A model generated the notes under the pieces. The model did not search any database and was not told the DNA's origin. It saw only the letters and a list, made by a program, of their open reading frames with translations. From positions 1 to 47,988 of the IMG/VR virus record IMGVR_UViG_2579778786_000004: a stretch of 47,988 nucleotides of DNA, one strand, 5' to 3'. Of this stretch, positions 40,960 through 47,988 are shown one piece after another (the first letter of the stretch is position 1; the number at the start of each line of letters is the position of its first letter). This DNA comes from a virus. Taxonomy: Duplodnaviria > Heunggongvirae > Uroviricota > Caudoviricetes. Made by a program: the position numbers and the translations under genes.

Positions 40960-41094
40960 ATGATGCACTTTCAGCTCGCGGGTAGCGGCGTCATGTCCGC
41001 TTTCTACCCGCACGAATCTGAATTATCACGCCGAGTTAAACAATTAATCAGAGCAGCAAAGAAACAACTGGAGACGTTATGCGCAATGAAATAG
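40960..41094 (+). CDS. Small hypothetical protein
   Basis: 44 aa with strong RBS AAGGAG upstream of ATG 40960. Confidence 0.35.
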   Translation: MMHFQLAGSGVMSAFYPHESELSRRVKQLIRAAKKQLETLCAMK

Positions 41095-41231
41095 CCATCA
41101 ATCACCAGATGCTTCGTGCTGCACAGAACAAAGCAGTAATAGCCAGATTTATTGGTGATTCCAAAATGTGGCTTGAAGCAAATAAAGAGATGAAATCAGC
41201 TATCAACCTTCCATGGTATCGCAGGAAATGA
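41079..41231 (+). CDS. kil: Kil-like small protein
   Basis: 50 aa; segment IARFIGDSKMWLEA resembles lambda Kil (IATFIGDEKMFREA) as recalled. Confidence 0.45.
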   Translation: MRNEIAINHQMLRAAQNKAVIARFIGDSKMWLEANKEMKSAINLPWYRRK

Positions 41232-41306
41232 GTTTTACAGATAACTGGTCAGACGAAGAATTCATTCGTCAGATGAAAGAATTAATCGGTAACGAAGGAG
41301 ATATTC

Positions 41307-41477
41307 ATGTCACTTGCAACCACAGTGAAGGAGAGCAAGTTACAGAGACGCATGTACACGCAGAAAGCTCTCTGGTATCGCCATAATGGCGACCGCGAAG
41401 GAATGCGGGTATGCCTTAATATGTCCCGAGTCGAAGTATTAAATCAGCGTTATTTCCTTGGGCCGTGTCCATTCTGA
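41307..41477 (+). CDS. Small hypothetical protein
   Basis: 56 aa ORF with RBS AAGGAG 7 nt upstream of ATG 41307; below the ORF-track size cutoff. Confidence 0.35.
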   Translation: MSLATTVKESKLQRRMYTQKALWYRHNGDREGMRVCLNMSRVEVLNQRYFLGPCPF

Positions 41478-41485
41478 GGTGAATT

Positions 41486-42193
41486 ATGGATTTGAATAAA
41501 TTCGATGAGCCATTCAGCCCTGAAGATATCGAATGGCGAATACAGCAAAGCGGTAAAACACGCGATGGAAAGGTGTGGGCTATGGTGCTAGCTTATGTCA
41601 CGAACAGGGCAATCATGAAACGCCTGGACGATGTTTGCGGCAAAGCAGGATGGCGCAATGAATACCGCGATATTCCCAACAACGGCGGAGTTGAATGCGG
41701 CATATCAATCAAGATTGATTCCGAATGGGTAACCAAATGGGATGCTGCTGAAAACACGCAGGTAGAAGCCGTAAAAGGTGGTCGTTCCGGTGCAATGAAG
41801 CGTGCTGCCGTTCAGTGGGGAATCGGTCGGTATCTGTATAACCTTGAGGAAGGTTTCGCACAAACATCTCTCGATAAAAAGCAGGGGTGGCACAGGGCAA
41901 AACTGAAGGATGGAACAGGATTTTACTGGCTCCCTCCATCGCTGCCGGGATGGGCAATCCCAGCATCAGATAACAAACCATCACCAGAAAATACCAACCA
42001 GAAATCTCCATCGGTTGACTGCGAACAAATCCTGAAAGACTTCAGCGATTATGCGTCAACAGAAACTGACAAGAAAAAACTCATCGAGCGTTATCAGCGT
42101 GACTGGCAATTAATGGCTGGCAATGAGGAGGCGCAGGCTAAATGCGTTCAGGTAATGAACATCAGAGTTAACGAACTAAAACAGGCGGCATAA
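41486..42193 (+). CDS. Rad52-family single-strand annealing recombinase (Sak/Erf-type)
   Basis: 235 aa; directly upstream of SSB in the recombination module. Confidence 0.55.
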   Translation: MDLNKFDEPFSPEDIEWRIQQSGKTRDGKVWAMVLAYVTNRAIMKRLDDVCGKAGWRNEYRDIPNNGGVECGISIKIDSEWVTKWDAAENTQVEAVKGGRSGAMKRAAVQWGIGRYLYNLEEGFAQTSLDKKQGWHRAKLKDGTGFYWLPPSLPGWAIPASDNKPSPENTNQKSPSVDCEQILKDFSDYASTETDKKKLIERYQRDWQLMAGNEEAQAKCVQVMNIRVNELKQAA

Positions 42194-42667
42194 ATGGCAA
42201 GCAGAGGCGTAAATAAGGTGATTATCCTTGGTCGGGTAGGACAAGACCCGGAAGTTCGATACTCACCATCAGGAACAGCGTTCGCTAACCTGACAATAGC
42301 CACGTCAGAACAATGGCGAGATAAAAATACTGGCGAGCAAAAGGAATTGACTGAATGGCACCGCGTGGTAATGAGCGGGAAACTGGCAGAAATTGCCAGC
42401 GAATATCTGCGAAAAGGCTCTGAGGTTTATCTTGAAGGTAAATTGCGGACAAGAAAATGGCAGGATCAAAGCGGACAGGATCGGTTCACTACCGAAATCA
42501 TCGTGGGCGTTGGTGGAACCATGCAAATGCTTGGTGGCAAGCAAGGAGGCAATGAACAGTCTTCACCTCAGCGAAATAACGGTCAGCAACAAAGACAGCA
42601 ACCTCAGCAGCAGGGAAATCACAGCGAACCACCTATGAACTTCGACGATTCGGATATTCCGTTCTAG
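42194..42667 (+). CDS. ssb: Single-stranded DNA-binding protein
   Basis: 157 aa; OB-fold N-terminus, Gly/Gln-rich linker, acidic tail DDSDIPF. Confidence 0.9.
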   Translation: MASRGVNKVIILGRVGQDPEVRYSPSGTAFANLTIATSEQWRDKNTGEQKELTEWHRVVMSGKLAEIASEYLRKGSEVYLEGKLRTRKWQDQSGQDRFTTEIIVGVGGTMQMLGGKQGGNEQSSPQRNNGQQQRQQPQQQGNHSEPPMNFDDSDIPF

Positions 42668-42676
42668 GAGCTGAAT

Positions 42677-43156
42677 ATGAAAATCTGCTCAAGATGCCAT
42701 CAACAGAAGGAAGAAAGGGACTTTCAAATCAGAAGAGCATCCAGAGATGGATTAACTGCCGCTTGCCGGGCTTGCCTGGCTGAATACGACAAAGAACGCG
42801 CTGGATTGCCACATCGAGTATCAGCAAGGAGAGAATATCAATCATCGGAACGCGGAAGAGAACGGTGTAACGCAGCCAAAAAGCGGTTCATTCAGAGCAA
42901 CCCATGGAAAAGAAAAGCCCACATCATTGTGGGTAATTTTTTGCGCGACGGTAAGCTAATCCGACCACCACAATGTGAGTGCTGCGGATCAGAATGTAAA
43001 CCACAGGCGCACCACTGCGACTACAGCAAACCAACCGATGTGATGTGGCTCTGCAAGTCATGTCATGCCGAGTGGCACAAACATAACAAACCTATCTACC
43101 CAGACGAGGAACCAGTAACTCTCCCCTTCCCTCGTCACGCTATTCACGCAATTTAA
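42677..43156 (+). CDS. Cys-rich zinc-binding protein, possible HNH-type nuclease
   Basis: 159 aa with CSRC...CRAC and CECCGSEC...HHC...CKSCH..WH arrangement. Confidence 0.45.
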   Translation: MKICSRCHQQKEERDFQIRRASRDGLTAACRACLAEYDKERAGLPHRVSARREYQSSERGRERCNAAKKRFIQSNPWKRKAHIIVGNFLRDGKLIRPPQCECCGSECKPQAHHCDYSKPTDVMWLCKSCHAEWHKHNKPIYPDEEPVTLPFPRHAIHAI

Positions 43157-43169
43157 TCAGGAGAAAATC

Positions 43170-43466
43170 ATGCCAGCGCCTCAGTATGGTGCGGATGACC
43201 CGCGCCGCTGTTCCGGCAAATCCGTATCGGAGGTGCTGGATAAATTCAGAAAAAACTACGATCGGATAATGTCGCCACCACAGGAAACGAAAGAGGAAAA
43301 GGAATTTCGCCACTGTATATGGCTTGCAGAGAAAGAAGAACGAGAGCGAATTTACCAGACATCAATCCGACCATTCCGTAAATCCACATATACCCACTTC
43401 CCTGAATATATCGACCCGCGCCTGCGTAATTACCGCTCACGCTATGGCGCTATCAGTAATGACTGA
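43170..43466 (+). CDS. Hypothetical protein
   Basis: 98 aa ORF in the early-left operon. Confidence 0.45.
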   Translation: MPAPQYGADDPRRCSGKSVSEVLDKFRKNYDRIMSPPQETKEEKEFRHCIWLAEKEERERIYQTSIRPFRKSTYTHFPEYIDPRLRNYRSRYGAISND

Positions 43467-43476
43467 GGAATTAACA

Positions 43477-43767
43477 ATGAAAACAATGAAGCTAAACATC
43501 GACCTCGGAAAATACGTTATTACCGGAACCAAACACGATCTGATTCTTAGCGAAAGAGGAATTATCAAAGAAGGCGAGAATGCAGGGAAAGAAACACTAA
43601 GCCGTATCGGTTATTACAGCAAGTTTGAGCATCTGGTTAAAGAATTATGCAACCGTGAAATCCTGTTATCTCAGGCGCAGACGCTACAGGATATTCAGCA
43701 GCATATCGAGACTTTAGGTGTGTCACTTAGCATGGCCGTTGACCAGTTCGTGGAGAGTAAATCATGA
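43477..43767 (+). CDS. Hypothetical protein
   Basis: 96 aa from ATG 43477 with RBS GAGGAA. Confidence 0.45.
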   Translation: MKTMKLNIDLGKYVITGTKHDLILSERGIIKEGENAGKETLSRIGYYSKFEHLVKELCNREILLSQAQTLQDIQQHIETLGVSLSMAVDQFVESKS

Positions 43768-43927
43768 GAGGACTTGCATACAATCCCGGCATTCTTCCGG
43801 CAGAAATGATTATTCGCCAACGCGTAAAGCCAATGCCATCGAGAGAGGAATTGCTTAAGAGAAATTCTTTTCCATCAGTGAATCAAAACAAATATCTGAA
43901 TGCGATGTGGCGCAAAGGAGGCAAGCA

Positions 43928-44227
43928 GTGAGTGTATATCTCATTGATAAACGTCGACGTGGGCAACAAATACCACCTGTAGGAATTCCGAATCACACAT
44001 GGTTTTGCGTACTTGATATCGATGGTATGGATGCGTTGGTTGACACTCGTCATTACTGCGATACCGCAACAGCTACTCCGGCGAAAGCAAAGAAAATGGC
44101 TGCTCTGATAGAAAACTGGACTCCACCTGATGGTTGGTGCAATGGGAATGATCGAGATTGGCATGAAAAAATGAAGGGCTATATCTGCGATTTCTTACGT
44201 AAATGCAACGGATTCAGGGTGATGTGA
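43928..44227 (+). CDS. Hypothetical protein (GTG start)
   Basis: RBS AGGAGG 6 nt upstream of GTG 43928. Confidence 0.4.
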   Translation: MSVYLIDKRRRGQQIPPVGIPNHTWFCVLDIDGMDALVDTRHYCDTATATPAKAKKMAALIENWTPPDGWCNGNDRDWHEKMKGYICDFLRKCNGFRVM

Positions 44228-44228
44228 C

Positions 44229-44636
44229 ATGAACAAGATTGACTATCAGGCACTGCGTGAAGCGGCAGAGAAAGCCGGTGAAGATAAGTGGCAGGCTAAA
44301 AAAATAAATGGTGATTTTTTTGTTATTCGTCACGGTAGTTATACAAGACAGCATGGCTACACATCGTATCAACCCATTGCGGAGATTGATTGTAAGCCAG
44401 TCCGGGATTTTGTTGCCAAGGCTAATCCGGCTACCGTGCTGGAATTACTGGATGAACTGGAAGCAGCAAAAAAGCGCATTGCAGAACTGGAAGCGCGGGA
44501 AATATCGCTCCCGGAACGTAGCAGCATGCTTCATCGAACAGATTTTCACGATGATTACCAAACGGTAATGGCATACAAAGTTTCTGAAGTCATCGCTGCA
44601 ATCCGCGTCGCTGGCATTCGCATCAAAGGAGAGTGA
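44229..44636 (+). CDS. Ead/Ea22-like protein
   Basis: 135 aa with coiled-coil segment ELLDELEAAKKRIAELEARE typical of Ea22-family proteins. Confidence 0.5.
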   Translation: MNKIDYQALREAAEKAGEDKWQAKKINGDFFVIRHGSYTRQHGYTSYQPIAEIDCKPVRDFVAKANPATVLELLDELEAAKKRIAELEAREISLPERSSMLHRTDFHDDYQTVMAYKVSEVIAAIRVAGIRIKGE

Positions 44637-44637
44637 T

Positions 44638-44901
44638 ATGGCAACTTTGACAAAAAAAGAACAAGCATGGTTGAGCGAATTACAGGACGTTCTTGATCGC
44701 TGCCCATCACCGAAAAAAATTGGTTTTTACACCATTGGCGATAAAAGCATTTACCTGTATGACCTGCGCCGCATGGATGAAATCATGGAGGCTCTTGATA
44801 ATCGTTCGTCGATGGATTGGTGTGTTGCTGTCCATGATATGAATGCAGGGTTTGATGAAAAGATTTTGTTCCCCTCATCAGTTGAAAGCACTGCGGGTTA
44901 A
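44638..44901 (+). CDS. Hypothetical protein
   Basis: 87 aa ORF tightly following the upstream gene. Confidence 0.45.
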   Translation: MATLTKKEQAWLSELQDVLDRCPSPKKIGFYTIGDKSIYLYDLRRMDEIMEALDNRSSMDWCVAVHDMNAGFDEKILFPSSVESTAG

Positions 44902-44911
44902 GGAGTAACAC

Positions 44912-45445
44912 ATGACCACTATTACCAAAGAACGTATTGAATTGTTCATTAAAAATCCGCTTTATAACGGGCTTACCCGTGGCGAACAAATGGAACTGGC
45001 ACGGATTGCACTGGCATCGCTGGAAGCAGAGCCTGTAAGCCAAACTTACAACTTGCCAGAATTAATCGAAGGCATGGAAGTTTCCATTGATGTAAGCACT
45101 TGTGATGCTGATTTCGGTAATCGCTATTTCGGCACCGTCACCGAGGCGTTAGAACTTGATACAGCCAAGAATGGTTACATCCTCCTGGTTCAGGACGCAG
45201 AGCCAAACTTCGATGTAAATGGCAACTCTCCGGTAACTCCGGATGGTTGGATAAGCTGTAGTGAGCGAATGCCAAACGAAGAAGATGTTTTGGTTTATTG
45301 TTCAGACACAAAAGAGCAGATGGTAGGGTTTCACAAAGGTAAAGGGTTATTTCAATTCTTTTACATGAACGGTGTTGAGGGGGTATGTGAGCCGTCACAC
45401 TGGATGCCGCTACCAGAACCGCCGCAGGGGGTTAACCGTGGTTAA
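44912..45445 (+). CDS. Hypothetical protein with C-terminal DUF551-like region
   Basis: 177 aa; C-terminal ...SHWMPLPEPP resembles the DUF551 signature. Confidence 0.5.
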   Translation: MTTITKERIELFIKNPLYNGLTRGEQMELARIALASLEAEPVSQTYNLPELIEGMEVSIDVSTCDADFGNRYFGTVTEALELDTAKNGYILLVQDAEPNFDVNGNSPVTPDGWISCSERMPNEEDVLVYCSDTKEQMVGFHKGKGLFQFFYMNGVEGVCEPSHWMPLPEPPQGVNRG

Positions 45446-45545
45446 CCTTCAACTTGCCGTCAAAGGTGAATAACAATCCTCGCACTCGCGGGGATTTCTT
45501 TTATCTGAACTCGCTACGGCGAGTTTTGTTTTATGGAGACAAGAA

Positions 45546-45890
45546 ATGTCAGATTTGGCTATGAAGGTTTTGAAATGGCAATCGACTGGCGATGTCGGCA
45601 TCAGTAGCGCAACTCTTGCCTCAATCGCATGTGGACTGAAAAAGAATATCTATGGTCATCACTTCGGCGCTCCACATGACGCAGCCGATTTCCGGCGATG
45701 CGTTGCGCTTGTCGAGCAGATTCCAGAAATCAGAGATTCATTCGACAAGGTTGCAAAGCGCGTTCCGGCATTCAAAGGAATCCTCAACGAATGGGATTCA
45801 CTCGTTGCCCTGTTGAAGTCTGAAATGAAGATACACGGAAACAAAGCACCACAGACTTACAGAAGAATCAGCGAGCTACGCAAGGACTAA
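45546..45890 (+). CDS. Hypothetical protein
   Basis: 114 aa ORF, last gene before the terminators. Confidence 0.5.
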   Translation: MSDLAMKVLKWQSTGDVGISSATLASIACGLKKNIYGHHFGAPHDAADFRRCVALVEQIPEIRDSFDKVAKRVPAFKGILNEWDSLVALLKSEMKIHGNKAPQTYRRISELRKD

Positions 45891-45891
45891 C

Positions 45892-45920
45892 GCCTCACAC
45901 TCGATGAGGCATTTTCATTT
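45892..45920 (+). terminator. Rho-independent terminator hairpin (GCCTCA/TGAGGC) with T-rich tail
   Basis: 6 bp stem, 7 nt loop, followed by ATTTTCATTT. Confidence 0.5.
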
Positions 45921-45945
45921 ATCAAGATATCCAGACCTACCATCG

Positions 45946-45967
45946 CCGCATCAATGCGGTTTTTTAT
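45946..45967 (+). terminator. Rho-independent terminator hairpin (CCGCA/TGCGG) with T6 tail
   Basis: 5 bp GC-rich stem, 4 nt loop, TTTTTTA. Confidence 0.55.
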
Positions 45968-46010
45968 TGCCTGATTTGCAGGTTCGATTCCCTATTCGGA
46001 GATAGCACTC

Positions 46011-46211
46011 ATGCAACACGAACTACAGCCTGATTCACTGGTTGATTTGAAATTCATCATGGCTGATACTGGCTTTGGTAAAACCTTCATCTATGACCGG
46101 ATTAAGTCCGGCGACCTGCCAAAAGCCAAAGTTATCCACGGTCGAGCAAGATGGTTATATCGTGACCATTGTGAATTCAAAAATAAGCTCTTAAGCCGCG
46201 CCAATGGGTAA
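46011..46211 (+). CDS. torI: Excisionase / recombination directionality factor, AlpA family (TorI-like)
   Basis: 66 aa; matches E. coli TorI as recalled; sits immediately inside attR. Confidence 0.8.
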   Translation: MQHELQPDSLVDLKFIMADTGFGKTFIYDRIKSGDLPKAKVIHGRARWLYRDHCEFKNKLLSRANG

Positions 46212-46284
46212 AATAGCGGGTAAAATATTTCTCACATCTAAAAAACACCATTCCAATCAATCCCCTGCTGCTTCAAGTAGATGT

Positions 46285-46299
46285 CTGCAGGGGACACCA
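46285..46299. repeat. attR core (CTGCAGGGGACACCA), direct repeat of the argW 3' end at 1069-1083
   Basis: Exact 15 bp identity with the tRNA 3' acceptor end including CCA. Confidence 0.7.
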
Positions 46300-46740
46300 G
46301 ATACCCTTCAAACGAAATCTACCTTCACCCCGTAAAAGATGGGTTTGGCAGCACACTTGCCTTATATCTACTCATTTTTACTGCAACAGGTTGAAATCTC
46401 AGCACTGTCAGAAAGCGCTGATGACTAAACAGCCCTGGGCCGGGCGATGTAACCATCACACAGAATCCTGATAGCGAAATATGGCGTGACTCGATACTTC
46501 ACTCCGCAATGCATTCCTTGATGAATTCGCAGGACCGTGATACACGGGACAGGTCACTGAATGACGACAATGTCCTGGAAATCAGCGAACCGCGCATCTG
46601 AAGTACATTTGAGCGACTGTACCAGAACATGAATGAGGCGTTTGGATTAGGCGATTATTAGCAGGGCTAAGCATTTTACTATTATTATTTTCCGGTTGAG
46701 GGATATAGAGCTATCGACAACAACCGGAAAAAGTTTACGT

Positions 46741-47988
46741 CTATATTGCTGAAGGTACAGGCGTTTCCATAACTATTTGCTCGCGTTTTTTACTCAAGAA
46801 GAAAATGCCAAATAGCAACATCAGGCAGACAATACCCGAAATTGCGAAGAAAACTGTCTGGTAGCCTGCGTGGTCAAAGAGTATCCCAGTCGGCGTTGAA
46901 AGCAGCACAATCCCAAGCGAACTGGCAATTTGAAAACCAATCAGAAAGATCGTCGACGACAGGCGCTTATCAAAGTTTGCCACGCTGTATTTGAAGACGG
47001 ATATGACACAAAGTGGAACCTCAATGGCATGTAACAACTTCACTAATGAAATAATCCAGGGGTTAACGAACAGCGCGCAGGAAAGGATACGCAACGCCAT
47101 AATCACAACTCCGATAAGTAATGCATTTTTTGGCCCTACCCGATTCACAAAGAAAGGAATAATCGCCATGCACAGCGCTTCGAGTACCACCTGGAATGAG
47201 TTGAGATAACCATACAGGCGCGTTCCTACATCGTGTGATTCGAATAAACCTGCATAAAAGACAGGAAAAAGTTGTTGATCAAAAATGTTATAGAAAGACC
47301 ACGTCCCCACAATAAATATGACAAAAACCCAGAAGTTTCGATCCTTGAAAACTGCGATAAAATCCTCTTTTTTTACCCCTCCCGCATCTGCCGCTACGCA
47401 CTGGTGATCCTTATCTTTAAAACGCATGTTGATCATCATAAATACAGCGCCAAATAGCGAGACCAACCAGAAGTTGATATGGGGACTGATACTAAAAAAT
47501 ATGCCGGCAAAGAACGCGCCAATAGCATAGCCAAAAGATCCCCAGGCGCGCGCTGTTCCATATTCGAAATGAAAATTTCGCGCCATTTTTTCGGTGAAGC
47601 TATCAAGCAAACCGCATCCCGCCAGATACCCCAAGCCAAAAAATAGCGCCCCCAGAATTAGACCTACAGAAAAATTGCTTTGCAGTAACGGTTCATAAAC
47701 GTAAATCATAAACGGTCCGGTCAAGACCAGGATGAAACTCATACACCAGATGAGCGGTTTCTTCAGACCGAGTTTATCCTGAACGATGCCGTAGAACATC
47801 ATAAATAGAATGCTGGTAAACTGGTTGACCGAATAAAGTGTACCTAATTCCGTCCCTGTCAACCCTAGATGTCCTTTCAGCCAAATAGCGTATAACGACC
47901 ACCACAGCGACCAGGAAATAAAAAAGAGAAATGAGTAACTGGATGCAAAACGATAGTACGCATTTCTGAATGGAATATTCAGTGCCAT
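46741..47988 (-). CDS. cscB: MFS oligosaccharide:H+ symporter of the LacY family (sucrose permease CscB-like); host gene right of the prophage
   Basis: 415 aa, 12 TM segments, LacY-family motifs; N-terminus MALNIPFRNAYYRFASSYSF as recalled for CscB; start codon at window edge. Confidence 0.7.
   Translation of the reverse strand: MALNIPFRNAYYRFASSYSFLFFISWSLWWSLYAIWLKGHLGLTGTELGTLYSVNQFTSILFMMFYGIVQDKLGLKKPLIWCMSFILVLTGPFMIYVYEPLLQSNFSVGLILGALFFGLGYLAGCGLLDSFTEKMARNFHFEYGTARAWGSFGYAIGAFFAGIFFSISPHINFWLVSLFGAVFMMINMRFKDKDHQCVAADAGGVKKEDFIAVFKDRNFWVFVIFIVGTWSFYNIFDQQLFPVFYAGLFESHDVGTRLYGYLNSFQVVLEALCMAIIPFFVNRVGPKNALLIGVVIMALRILSCALFVNPWIISLVKLLHAIEVPLCVISVFKYSVANFDKRLSSTIFLIGFQIASSLGIVLLSTPTGILFDHAGYQTVFFAISGIVCLMLLFGIFFLSKKREQIVMETPVPSAI

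Noticed and set aside
41228-41386. Alternative-frame small ORF (MSFTDNWSDEEF...) overlapping the 41307 ORF
   Set aside because: Weak ribosome-binding site and overlaps two better-supported small ORFs; considered less likely to be translated.

Overview
The window reads as an enterobacterial (E. coli-type) chromosome segment carrying a complete-looking ~45 kb mosaic lambdoid prophage inserted at the 3' end of tRNA-Arg(CCU) (argW). Host flanks are yfdC and argW on the left and a LacY-family sucrose permease (cscB-like) on the right. From left to right the prophage holds: integrase (IntS-like); an accessory cassette with a glycine-rich fibre paralog, a large carbohydrate O-acetylesterase-domain protein, a small HTH protein and an AT-rich family-3 acyltransferase; a Mu-like contractile tail module with a -1 frameshift chaperone pair; a lambda-like head and terminase module with a cos-like repeat array; lambda-like lysis genes S, R, Rz/Rz1; two phage tRNAs; antiterminator Q; a nin region (ninG, ninF, ninE, Dam-like methyltransferase, ninB); DnaB-like helicase and O-like initiator with ori iterons; cII; a phage-434-type immunity region (cro, three OR operators, cI); lambda-like nutL/N and nutR; Kil-like, Rad52-like annealing protein and SSB; a block of small unknown genes; and a TorI-like excisionase beside attR. 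No single gene set can be named with confidence as a novel system from sequence alone. The strongest candidates for undescribed accessory functions are the integrase-proximal esterase/acyltransferase cassette, the secreted protein translationally coupled to cI, and the unknown protein immediately downstream of N. All product names are from reading the ORF translations and motifs and from recall of known families; no database search was run.
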